Source: Candidatus Omnitrophica bacterium UBA6249 (GTDB taxonomy: Bacteria; Omnitrophota; Gorgyraeia; Gygaellales; Profunditerraquicolaceae). Taken from it: a DNA stretch of 64,000 bases. Within the stretch, counting starts at the first letter, position 1, and every line of letters starts with the position of its first letter. The DNA lies in the NCBI GenBank assembly GCA_002441305.1, contig DJVT01000014.1, positions 178,791-242,790 on the forward strand, given 5' to 3'. Under the pieces are notes generated by a model. The model was not told where the DNA came from, ran no database searches, and saw nothing but the letters and a program-made list of their open reading frames with translations. Both the position numbers and the translations under genes were made by a program. Below, piece after piece: positions 33,814-42,581 of the stretch.

Positions 33814-34940
33814 GCTTTCCCCTTCCCGTTCTTCGGGCCAAAATTGCCCGGCTTCAAAAAAAGCGCCAGTAATTTGAACAACAAATCCAGGAATAAATTC
33901 CTGTGCCTAAAGTAGGCATAAAGCGGCACAAGTATCCCGCCAAGCCTGATCTTCGGTTCATAATCCGTCTGCCCTGGGTAATAAAGGCGTACGGAGTTGT
34001 CTATACACCAACGGATATTATAGGCCCAGCTCACAAAATACAGATTGTAATAATCGGATATATCATAATCGAAACCGATAAACTTATCAATGAGTAAATC
34101 TTTATAAAGGAAACAGAGATTAAAAGCCGAAAGGGAACCGTTCACGTAATAAAGGAAAAAACGGGAATGCTCGCCCATTTCGCTTGACGCCCGCAGGAAA
34201 AATTCCCTGGAAAGGTGTTCAAATTTCGTCGCCCCTCTCCTGTATGTAGACTCATAAAGAGATACTATGCGTTCTATGCAGGCGCTGATATCGCTGACCA
34301 CTTTAACCTCAATATCGCCCCTGCCGTAGGCCTGCTTCAGTTTCCTGTTCAAACCCTTACGCGTAGATCTGCCTAAGCTCTTCAGATAATCGTCAAAAGA
34401 GGGGAAATCCAGGTTCAGGCATACCGCTGGAAAGCTGGAAACCCTGGTAAAACCCGCCTTCTTCAGTTTGTCAAGAAATACCGTCTCCTCCTCTAAGAAG
34501 TCTTTGAATATTACTATAGGAGAACCTGTCTCTGCGGCCAACCCTTCAAGCTCCTTCAGAAAACGCAGGGCAAACTCACTTCCGGGCGCAAAACCTTCTT
34601 TTACGCCCAAGATGCCGTATTCCCCGAAAGGAGAACCGCAAAATAACACTTTGGAAATCAGGAAACGCGGGATAAATTTACGCACAAAAGCGATAATTGA
34701 AGAAAAGCTCGATTCGACGGCGATGCCCAGATTGAAATCCGAAGTAAACACGGGGACTATGAATACGGCCTCCTCTCCCTGGCGGGCAACCAGATAATAA
34801 AAAACAAAACCGGGAAGCCGTGAACGCTCGAGAGTCCTGTAAAAAAGGTAATTTTCCGGGATGTCTCCAAAAACCGAATCCCATTCCTCCTCCCCGATAT
34901 CTTCTATGCTGGAGTATATTTTATACTCAAAACCGCTCAT
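33795..34940 (-). CDS. FemAB-like / BioF2-like GNAT-fold acyltransferase
   Basis: 381 aa. The N-terminus EEWDSVFGDIPENYLFYRTLE and the overall length match the DUF482/Acetyltransf_6-like pattern. SD GGAGGAG upstream. Confidence 0.55.
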   Translation of the reverse strand: MSGFEYKIYSSIEDIGEEEWDSVFGDIPENYLFYRTLERSRLPGFVFYYLVARQGEEAVFIVPVFTSDFNLGIAVESSFSSIIAFVRKFIPRFLISKVLFCGSPFGEYGILGVKEGFAPGSEFALRFLKELEGLAAETGSPIVIFKDFLEEETVFLDKLKKAGFTRVSSFPAVCLNLDFPSFDDYLKSLGRSTRKGLNRKLKQAYGRGDIEVKVVSDISACIERIVSLYESTYRRGATKFEHLSREFFLRASSEMGEHSRFFLYYVNGSLSAFNLCFLYKDLLIDKFIGFDYDISDYYNLYFVSWAYNIRWCIDNSVRLYYPGQTDYEPKIRLGGILVPLYAYFRHRNLFLDLLFKLLALFLKPGNFGPKNGKGKACPQKR

Positions 34941-34994
34941 AAGCAGCTTTCTCCTCCGCGCTGCACGCTCTATGCCTCGATGCAGAGAGTTAAC

Positions 34995-35023
34995 TTGAAT
35001 TTCTGATTATTTTAGCATAGAAT
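34995..35023 (+). promoter_or_regulatory. Putative promoter (TTGAAT-N17-TAGAAT) for the DegT-hydrolase pair
   Basis: TTGAAT at 34995-35000 and TAGAAT at 35018-35023, about 27 nt before the TTG start, with AAGGA as the SD. Confidence 0.4.
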
Positions 35024-35049
35024 AAGAAGAGTGTAAAAAAGGATTACCA

Positions 35050-36303
35050 TTGAGCATAACAAGAGAAATTCCGCCAACCGCAGGATGGGCGATAAAAACC
35101 AAAGACCTGCTTGCCTGCCTTTTCAATAAACACCCGGAAGGATTGCTGGAAGAGGATTTTAAGAAATTCATCGGTTCCCCTTCCGCCCTGCTTACCTATT
35201 CCGGCACCGCGGCTTTTTATATAATATTAAAGAGCATAAGCAAGCTCTCTCCTAAAAAAACGGTGGTTATCCCGGCTTTTATCTGCCCGCTCGTTCCGCT
35301 GGCTATAGAAAGAGCCGGATTAAAGGTTAAGACATGCGACATAAACCCGTATAACTTCGACTATAACCCTGCAGAACTCGGGAATATCTGTTCCCAAGAC
35401 AAGGACATACTGGCGGTCCTGGCCGTACACCTTGCGGGAATCCCGCTTGAAATCGAGAAGATCAGGAATGCGACCGAAGGAAAAAACATATTCATTATCG
35501 AAGATTGCGCGCAAAGCCTGGGGGCGAAATACCGGGGTGAACAAACCGGCAGGTTCGGCGACTTTGCGTTCTTCAGTCTCTGCCGGGGAAAAGGGCTGAC
35601 TATCTATGAAGGGGGTATCGCCCTGGGCAAAGAAAGTAAAGATGCGCGGCTGCTTAAGGAAACGGCGGAAGAGATAATGCATCGCGAACCCGTTTCCGAA
35701 TTCCTGAAGATAGCCGAGTTATTCGCTTACAGTATTTTTTACCGCCCTTCCTTGTTCTGGTTTGCTTTCAGGATGCCGCAGGCCTTCTGGCAATTGAGAA
35801 AGAATCCAGTACGGGCCATGGGTGAATACTTCGATACCGGGTTTCCGGTACACAGGATCTCGGCCTTCCGGGCGTATTTCGGGCACAGCGCATTCCCGCG
35901 CCTGGATGAAGAAATAAACCGGCAGATAGAAAAAGCGGAATTTTACATCAAAGGCCTTGAAGACACCCCGGGGATAAAGCCGATAACGGGATCCTCTTCC
36001 AAAGAAGCGAGCTACCCCTATTTAACTATTATTTTCGACTCCCCGCAAAAAAGAAACCTGGCCCTGAAGGAGTTCTCCGCTACGGGGCTTGGCGTATCTC
36101 AGGTATACCTCAAAGCCATACAGGATTACGCTTATTTAAAAGGGGTCATTCCGGAGAACGAATGCCCGGGAGCCCGTCTTATAGCGGAAAGAACGATCAC
36201 CCTGAGCACAAGCTGTTTTCTCAAGGAAAAAGACCTGCTGGAGATCACCCGCAGGCTGAAGGAGATAGGAACAAATGATAACCTTTTCGTTGAAAGAAGA
36301 TAA
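35050..36303 (+). CDS. DegT/DnrJ/EryC1/StrS-family PLP aminotransferase (ArnB-like)
   Basis: 417 aa with a TTG start. IIEDCAQSLGA, and FFSLCRGKGLTIYEGG as the PLP-Lys context. Confidence 0.8.
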   Translation: MSITREIPPTAGWAIKTKDLLACLFNKHPEGLLEEDFKKFIGSPSALLTYSGTAAFYIILKSISKLSPKKTVVIPAFICPLVPLAIERAGLKVKTCDINPYNFDYNPAELGNICSQDKDILAVLAVHLAGIPLEIEKIRNATEGKNIFIIEDCAQSLGAKYRGEQTGRFGDFAFFSLCRGKGLTIYEGGIALGKESKDARLLKETAEEIMHREPVSEFLKIAELFAYSIFYRPSLFWFAFRMPQAFWQLRKNPVRAMGEYFDTGFPVHRISAFRAYFGHSAFPRLDEEINRQIEKAEFYIKGLEDTPGIKPITGSSSKEASYPYLTIIFDSPQKRNLALKEFSATGLGVSQVYLKAIQDYAYLKGVIPENECPGARLIAERTITLSTSCFLKEKDLLEITRRLKEIGTNDNLFVERR

Positions 36304-37138
36304 ACGTAAAGATAGCGGGATACCGGACAGCGGGTTTTATCTGCCCGGAGACAAAAATCTGTGTTTTTTAATACATGGGCTGACCGGTACGGCGAAAGAG
36401 ATGTGGACGATCGCCCAACGCCTGAATAAACGCGGGTTTTCCGTTGCCGCTCCCCTGCTCTTGAACCATAATAAGCCGATTTCCTGCCTGAAAAGGACAT
36501 CCTGGGAAAAAATATATGCTCACGCGCGTGATAAATTCATTGAATATTCTGCCGGGCATGACAACATATTTGTCGCCGGGCTTTCCTTTGGGGCCTTGAT
36601 CGGGATAATGCTGGCGCATGAATTCCCGGCTAAGGTCAAAGCGCTAAATTGTTTTTCCCCTACCCTATTTTACGACGGATGGGGAAATCCCAAATCCAGG
36701 GTGTTCCTACCCCTTATCTACCGGACCCCGCTTAAATACTGGTTGTATTTTAAAGAAGAATTTCCGTACGGGTTGAAAAATGAAAGGCTGAGGTCGAAGG
36801 TGGAAAACTTCTATAAGGAAGCCGACTTGTTCGATTACAGTAAAGTGCACCTATACGGATATCCGGTAATACCTGTATCCTGCATGCACCAAAACGCACT
36901 GCTTGCCAAAAAGGTAATCTCCCTGCTCAAGAATATTAAAACCCCCGTACAAATGCTGCAGGCCAAAGAGGACGATGTGACCAGCCCAAAGAATTCATAC
37001 TGTATTTATAATAATATCGGCTCTCAGGAAAAGGAAATCATCTTCCTGGAAAACTCCTACCATATCATTACCGCCGACCAGGAACGGGATAAAGTAGCCG
37101 AGAAAACAGTCTCTTTCTTTGAGAAATACAGGAGTTAA
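36275..37138 (+). CDS. Alpha/beta hydrolase (esterase/lipase type)
   Basis: 287 aa. HGLTGTAKEM and the nucleophile elbow GLSFGA. It overlaps the DegT gene by 29 nt. Confidence 0.75.
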   Translation: MITFSLKEDKRKDSGIPDSGFYLPGDKNLCFLIHGLTGTAKEMWTIAQRLNKRGFSVAAPLLLNHNKPISCLKRTSWEKIYAHARDKFIEYSAGHDNIFVAGLSFGALIGIMLAHEFPAKVKALNCFSPTLFYDGWGNPKSRVFLPLIYRTPLKYWLYFKEEFPYGLKNERLRSKVENFYKEADLFDYSKVHLYGYPVIPVSCMHQNALLAKKVISLLKNIKTPVQMLQAKEDDVTSPKNSYCIYNNIGSQEKEIIFLENSYHIITADQERDKVAEKTVSFFEKYRS

Positions 37139-38067
37139 GGGATCACCGCCCGGAGTATTTCAAGGTTGGTTTTTTCGTTGACTCTCAGGATAAAATCATC
37201 GCGGAGTCCGTCCACCGGCAGGGCGGCCGGATGGTCCAGGCGGGAAAGAAAATTCTTCAAGCGGCGGGGAACAAATGGAGCCGAATAATCCCCCGCTATA
37301 TCCAAACCCGCTATATCCAGATTCTCGCGCACAACCGAAAGCATGGAAATAAGCTGCCCGAGGCTAAAGAACCCTTCCTCCCAATTGGTAAGCGCGAATT
37401 CCTTCTTCAGGCAGTCTTTGTCTATCGAGATATAAGCCCTGCGCACGGGCAGACCGGCGATCACATCCAGAATAAACTTTTCCAGGTCTTCCTCTTTTTC
37501 CAGCTCATGCCATAAAATCCTGCTCGACAAAAAGCCCTTTTCGACGCGGAGAGAATGATTGCCGGATATGCGCCTGCAATATACCGTGGTCGGCTTATGC
37601 CTGAAAGGGTATATCTCCAGTCGGCCTCCGGACAAGGCCCCCAGATTGCCTGTTTGCAGGGCAGGCCAGGATAAGTCGTCCGAACCCATGCCGATAAGCA
37701 CGCATTTAAGCATATTCCTGTTTTCCAGCATCCGGCTTACCCATGAACCGCAGCCGAAACGCGGAGGCAGGATATCCCAGTCAGGATGAAAGTCAAAGAC
37801 TATCGCGCAGAAAGGCTCTTCAAGGGAAGCGGAGAGAATTTCACTGGCGTGATGGAAATCCCCCGAACCGATAAAAGTAGGCCGGGAGTTATCCGTACCC
37901 TTCAAAGCCTTTATTATCCTTTCACGCCCAAGCGCAGACATAAAAAGCCTGGCTTCTTCCGCCAGGCTTGTAAAATCCACGGTTTGTGCGGCATAACGGG
38001 CAATAAGCTCCTTTTGCCTCACAACGCTATTATCGAAATTAAGAATACGGATTCCCCTGTTCAGCAT
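37135..38067 (-). CDS. Ureohydrolase (arginase/agmatinase) superfamily protein, divergent
   Basis: 310 aa. GSGDFHH, FDFHPD and SIDKD align to the GGDHS, DAHxD and SxDxD metal-ligand motifs. Confidence 0.6.
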   Translation of the reverse strand: MLNRGIRILNFDNSVVRQKELIARYAAQTVDFTSLAEEARLFMSALGRERIIKALKGTDNSRPTFIGSGDFHHASEILSASLEEPFCAIVFDFHPDWDILPPRFGCGSWVSRMLENRNMLKCVLIGMGSDDLSWPALQTGNLGALSGGRLEIYPFRHKPTTVYCRRISGNHSLRVEKGFLSSRILWHELEKEEDLEKFILDVIAGLPVRRAYISIDKDCLKKEFALTNWEEGFFSLGQLISMLSVVRENLDIAGLDIAGDYSAPFVPRRLKNFLSRLDHPAALPVDGLRDDFILRVNEKTNLEILRAVIP

Positions 38068-38104
38068 AAGATAAACACCGCCCGGAAACTTTATCCAAGG
38101 CGCA

Positions 38105-39526
38105 TCATTGCTTCTTCAAAGCCTTGATCAAAGCCTCTTCAAACAGGTCTATGCCAAGATCGATCTCCTTTTCGGTAATATAAAAAGACGGGGCGATAGT
38201 AAAAACGTTCTTATAATAGCCTCCCACATCAAGAACCAGCCCTCTTTTCTTGCCTCCGGCGCTTAAAGAACCGCTTAACCCCAGGTTGACTATCCTGTCG
38301 GTTAACTCTTTGTCCGGAGTATAGCCATCCTTGGCGCACATCTCCACTCGCAGGGCGAGTCCAAGCCCGTCCACATCCCCGATTTGGGGATATTTCTTTT
38401 GCAGCCCCTTGAGCCTGGAAAGAAAATATCTTCCTTTCTTAGGGATAGAGACTGCGAAATCGGATTCCTCTATCAGCCTCATCACCTCCAGTCCCGCCGC
38501 AGTGCCGAGAGGGTTGCTTGAAAATGTGGAATGGGTGGATCCCGGGGGGAACACGTCGGGAGAAATAAGTTTTTCTTTAGCCCAAACCCCCGAAATAGGA
38601 TTCAAACCGTTGGTCAAGGCCTTGCCAAAAACAATTATATCCGGGGTAATATTGAAATGCTCGATCGCCCAGAATTTACCTGTACGGAAAAAGCCCATCT
38701 GTATCTCGTCATCGATAAAAAGAATCCCGTAACGGTCAAGGATATCCTTGAGCCCGAGAAAATAATCCTGCGGTGGTATTATATATCCTCCCGTGCCCTG
38801 TATTGCCTCTGCGTAAAAAGCTACAAATTCGCACTTGGCGTTCTTTTTATTGACTACTGAATGGTATTCCGTTTCAAAAAGCTTCTCGAACTGTTTGAGG
38901 CAATACAAATCGCAAAAATCTTTTTTCTTGTCATACGGGCATCTGAAACAGTAAGGAAACGGCACAAACATCGCCCTATCCCCAAAATGCCCGAACTTCT
39001 CCCGGTAGCGGAAACTGGATGTAATCGCGGAGGCGGCCAAAGTCCTGCCGTGATACCCCCCCATAAAAGCGAAAACTAGGCTTCTGCCGGAATAATTACG
39101 CACCAGCTTCAACGAATCCTCGAGCGCGCTGGATCCGCCAACGTTAAAATGGACCCTTCCTTTTTCTTCGAATGTCCGTTCGTTTTTCTGGGCGAGCTTG
39201 GCGGCAAGGGTGATTTTCTCTTCATGCAGATACTGGCAGGCAAGCTGGGGCAGCGCATCCACCTGCTTCTTCAGCGCTTTATTCAGGCGCTTGTTCCGGT
39301 ATCCGAAATTCGCGGCGGAATACCACATCTGCAAATCCAGGAATTCCACTCCATTGCGGTCATAGAGATAACACCCGTTGGACTCTTTGAAAATATTAAG
39401 CTTCTCCGCGTAATGCACGGTATCTCCCCACGAACAATATTTCGCTTCCAAATCCAAAAGGCGGTCTTCGCTTAAGACGGTCCCGTTCTTGCTGCCAACC
39501 CTAATCATTTGTTTATTGCTCATGCC
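38105..39526 (-). CDS. Class-III (omega) PLP aminotransferase
   Basis: Trimmed to MSNKQMI. AEAIQGTGG, FIDDEIQMGFFRTGKFWA and the VFGKALTNG PLP-Lys context. Confidence 0.85.
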   Translation of the reverse strand, partial: GMSNKQMIRVGSKNGTVLSEDRLLDLEAKYCSWGDTVHYAEKLNIFKESNGCYLYDRNGVEFLDLQMWYSAANFGYRNKRLNKALKKQVDALPQLACQYLHEEKITLAAKLAQKNERTFEEKGRVHFNVGGSSALEDSLKLVRNYSGRSLVFAFMGGYHGRTLAASAITSSFRYREKFGHFGDRAMFVPFPYCFRCPYDKKKDFCDLYCLKQFEKLFETEYHSVVNKKNAKCEFVAFYAEAIQGTGGYIIPPQDYFLGLKDILDRYGILFIDDEIQMGFFRTGKFWAIEHFNITPDIIVFGKALTNGLNPISGVWAKEKLISPDVFPPGSTHSTFSSNPLGTAAGLEVMRLIEESDFAVSIPKKGRYFLSRLKGLQKKYPQIGDVDGLGLALRVEMCAKDGYTPDKELTDRIVNLGLSGSLSAGGKKRGLVLDVGGYYKNVFTIAPSFYITEKEIDLGIDLFEEALIKALKKQ

Positions 39527-40194
39527 AATTTCCTCTTTAAATGGTTGAACACCTCTTTTAAATTGTGGAAAGCTACGCAATCCAGCTTATTCTCCCTGAA
39601 ATACCTGAGCAGCCCTTCTTTGGCAAACACCATATCGGCGCGCCTGGCCGGGCAGATATCCGAACTTCCGTCGCCCACATAAATCACCTTATAATCCTTG
39701 GGAGTGTTATCCAGGAGGTTCTTGGTCTTGCAATGCGCGCAGATCTGGCAATCCTTGTTCTTGAAGGGGTAGTCGGTAACGATCTTATCCCGGGAGAAAT
39801 GCAGCTTGTTGGCGATAACTTTGAACCCTTTTACCCCGTTGATCTTGAGTATATTATTAAGTACGTAATCGAAATTGTCGCTCAAGACCAAAGTCTTGAC
39901 TTTTTTAGCCCGCAGGAATCTGTATAGTATTTTAAAGTAGGGGTCAAGCTTGATTTTTGTCAGATAGGAATCCAGGGACTTCTTGCTCAGGCGCATGCCC
40001 CTGAGCTGCCCTTCCATACACGTTTTTGACCCTATGCGCCCGCTTTTCCAGCGCTTTTCCAGCTCCATCCAGCGGTCATCCCTGGAAAAAAGCAGCAGCA
40101 TATTATCGAAAACATCGCAGGTAGCTATGGTATTATCGAAATCAAAAAAGACAACACACTTCTTAGGATTAAATTTATTGTTTTTTTCCAGCAT
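39520..40194 (-). CDS. HAD-IB family phosphatase (MtnX/PSP-like)
   Basis: 224 aa. FFDFDNTI (DxDxT), YVGDGSSD and a CQICAHC cysteine cluster. Confidence 0.75.
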   Translation of the reverse strand: MLEKNNKFNPKKCVVFFDFDNTIATCDVFDNMLLLFSRDDRWMELEKRWKSGRIGSKTCMEGQLRGMRLSKKSLDSYLTKIKLDPYFKILYRFLRAKKVKTLVLSDNFDYVLNNILKINGVKGFKVIANKLHFSRDKIVTDYPFKNKDCQICAHCKTKNLLDNTPKDYKVIYVGDGSSDICPARRADMVFAKEGLLRYFRENKLDCVAFHNLKEVFNHLKRKLA

Positions 40195-40210
40195 AAAATT
40201 TAGGTAAAAT

Positions 40211-40238
40211 ATTACCCCTATTGCCTCATAGGGGTAAT
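40211..40238 (-). terminator. Perfect 11-bp hairpin between the radical SAM gene and the HAD gene
   Basis: ATTACCCCTAT-N6-ATAGGGGTAAT, followed on the minus strand by ATTTTACCTAAATTTT. Confidence 0.5.
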
Positions 40239-40288
40239 TTGGGGCGAGCTAAGTTAACGATATATTTTACTCCCTGGCAAAAAAACTG

Positions 40289-41311
40289 TCAATAGCCGTT
40301 TTTATTCCGGGCGAAAAAACCGGCTATCCCCCCTCCGCAAAAAGCGCATTGGCCCCCGTTTAAGAAGACTCCTCTCACGCCAAAACCTTCCCTGTGTATC
40401 ACGGTTTTCCCGCATGAAGGGCATAAAGTATCCTGGCCCCAGGAATGCGTGTTCCCGGCATATACATAACGTAACCCCTCCTCTTTCCCTGTCTCAAAAG
40501 CTGTTTTAAGCATGGTTTCCGGGGTATCCCGGCGGGAAACAAACTTGTAATCCGCATGGAAACGGCAGACGTGCCATGGTATATCCCTGTCCAGCCCGGC
40601 AATGAACCCGGCAATCCCGGAAAGCTCACCGGGAGAATCGTTTTCGCCCGGGATTACCAGAGTGGATATCTCCAGCCAAACCCCGCAATCCTTAAGCATA
40701 GCGATCGACTCCATAACCGGAGCCAGACGGGCAGAACAAATCCTTTTATAGGAGGAATCTTGGAAAAATTTAAGGTCAATATTGGCCGCATCGAGATACG
40801 GATAAAGCAGGCGGGCGGCTTCGCATGAAATATAACCGTTGCTCACGAATATATTGTATAACCCCGCCTCCCTGGCCAATCTTGCCGTATCCAGGACAAA
40901 CTCAAAATATACCGTTGGTTCCGTATAGGTATAGGCTATGCTTTTGCACCCGTATTCCAATGCCAATTTGACCACGCTTGCGGGAGGAATCTCCTGCCCC
41001 AGCTCCATAGAAGCGCTTCCGGCCTGCGATATGCTCCAGTTCTGGCAGAAGCCGCACCGGAAATTGCATCCTGCGGAAGCGATGGAAAATGCCGATGTGC
41101 CGGGGAGAAAATGGTAAAGAGGCTTTTTTTCCACGGGGTCCGCGTTCATGGCGACAAGCTTAGAATAGTTTAACGCATATAACGAACCGTCCGCATTCAA
41201 CCGGGCCCCGCAAAAGCCGGAAGCGCCTTTACGGATCAGGCAGCCGTGCGCGCACAGCCGGCAACGCACTTTCCCGGAATCCAATTTTGTATAAAACAAC
41301 GCCTCTTTCAT
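40289..41311 (-). CDS. AmmeMemoRadiSam-system-type radical SAM enzyme
   Basis: Trimmed to MKEALFYTKLDSGKVRCRLCAHGC. DPVEKKPLYHFLPG and CNFRCGFCQNW are hallmark motifs. ATGA overlap with the upstream PP-loop gene. Confidence 0.8.
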   Translation of the reverse strand: MKEALFYTKLDSGKVRCRLCAHGCLIRKGASGFCGARLNADGSLYALNYSKLVAMNADPVEKKPLYHFLPGTSAFSIASAGCNFRCGFCQNWSISQAGSASMELGQEIPPASVVKLALEYGCKSIAYTYTEPTVYFEFVLDTARLAREAGLYNIFVSNGYISCEAARLLYPYLDAANIDLKFFQDSSYKRICSARLAPVMESIAMLKDCGVWLEISTLVIPGENDSPGELSGIAGFIAGLDRDIPWHVCRFHADYKFVSRRDTPETMLKTAFETGKEEGLRYVYAGNTHSWGQDTLCPSCGKTVIHREGFGVRGVFLNGGQCAFCGGGIAGFFARNKNGY

Positions 41312-42285
41312 ATCAACAGGTGCGCGAAGTTTTCTTTGGGGAAACAGGTTGTTCTGCGTTCGATACGCTCGGCTCCCGGCATAAGCCGCGAGAACACGCT
41401 TATTTCTTCCAATCCCCCGGTATCGGAATAAGCGCATGTTATCCGGGAAGAAAGAACGGCGGAGTCCTCGCTCAAAACGCCCCTGGTCAAAGAAACCGGT
41501 CCCGCCAGCTCCTTGTGCGGGAAAAACAAACAGTCCCCGTCCCTGGCGAGGCTTAAAAGAATCCCGTTCTCATTTTTGTTCCTGCCTACGACAAGCTTTA
41601 ATTTATCCCCCAGGCGGAAATGCCTGCCCACCTTCAAAAGTTCCAGGTTATCCAAGCTTAACTCGTCATGCGAAAGCGCCTCCTCCAGCCTCCTGGAAAA
41701 ACAGGGATCGGTCAACAAGCACCCTCCGGCAGGCGTAAGATAATCCTCTATGCCCAGTTCACGCGCAAGTTTTATCTGAGGGGTGCGCACGCGGCCGTTA
41801 AAATCAAGAAGGAGGTCCCTGTTCACCCAGCCCTCTTTCTCCGGCAGGCTCGGTTCGAAGAAGCGCGCCGAAAGGGGGCGCAACAACAAATCCCCAAGGC
41901 CGCTTCTTTGCTGTATAATATTCAAAGCCTGTTTGTTTTGAGACATGGGGCGCTGCCCCAGCACTTCTCCGCTTATCACAAAATCCGCATTCAGTTCTTC
42001 AAGCAAGGCCTTGGCCCGCTTGAACATGAGGATTTTGCAATCTATGCACGGGTTCATCCGCGCACCGAAACCGTAACGCGGGTTTCCGATAAGGGACAAA
42101 AAATCCTCTCCCAGATCGAACTCAACCAGTTCTATCCCCATCCCGGATACCCCTTTTTTTATATCAAGCTTGCAAAAAGGGATCTTAAAATGCACCCCGA
42201 CGACTTCGATACCCTGGTTTTCTATCAATCTACACGCCAGCAGGCTGTCTAGCCCGCCGGAAATCAACGCTAAGGCTCTTATCAT
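41308..42285 (-). CDS. PP-loop ATP pyrophosphatase (ThiI/MnmA-like, no THUMP domain)
   Basis: MIRALALISGGLDS PP-loop and SGEVLGQRPMSQ (ThiI-like). The start at 42285 has no SD. The frame stays open to 42438, so the true N-terminus is uncertain. Confidence 0.65.
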   Translation of the reverse strand: MIRALALISGGLDSLLACRLIENQGIEVVGVHFKIPFCKLDIKKGVSGMGIELVEFDLGEDFLSLIGNPRYGFGARMNPCIDCKILMFKRAKALLEELNADFVISGEVLGQRPMSQNKQALNIIQQRSGLGDLLLRPLSARFFEPSLPEKEGWVNRDLLLDFNGRVRTPQIKLARELGIEDYLTPAGGCLLTDPCFSRRLEEALSHDELSLDNLELLKVGRHFRLGDKLKLVVGRNKNENGILLSLARDGDCLFFPHKELAGPVSLTRGVLSEDSAVLSSRITCAYSDTGGLEEISVFSRLMPGAERIERRTTCFPKENFAHLLI

Positions 42286-42581
42286 ATTAAGTTGTTCGCG
42301 CTCTGGCAGAGAGACGCCTGGCCCCCGGTCAATTCCGCGGATAGCGGAATAGAAGTTAAAAGAAACGCTTTCTCTTGGACAAAAATATATTGTTGGTTGT
42401 TCTCCGGGAGTTAAGGCAGGATACGCAAAAAACATCACCCGGTTGGCGAGCTTAGGAAACCCGGACAGGCAAAACTAATTTTACGGACAGGCCCTCTCTG
42501 GGGCAGAAAAAGAAACCCCGCCGGTGGAATGAAACCAACCAGAGTCGTACCGGTCAAATCCGGGATTGGACATACCCGGGA

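Noticed and set aside
40289-42438. Long N-terminal extensions proposed by the ORF track for several genes, for example the radical SAM and PP-loop genes
   Set aside because: - Family-typical N-termini, SD sequences, signal peptides or ATGA overlaps support internal starts, so the coordinates were trimmed accordingly.
- The same applies to the ORF-track entries 6189-6659, 8496-8882, 13630-14568, 28852-29418, 30135-30611, 30637-31098, 38105-39580, 42665-43408 and 49724-50722.
- Only the PP-loop start remains uncertain.
42286-42581. RNase P RNA, SRP RNA, tmRNA, 6S RNA or a SAM-I riboswitch in the long spacer
   Set aside because: By eye I could not find the conserved cores on either strand: GAGGAAAGUCCGG or ACAGAACCCGGCUUA for RNase P, GGUCCGGAAGGAAGCAGCC for SRP, or a tRNA-like end for tmRNA. 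The region is left as unexplained rather than named.
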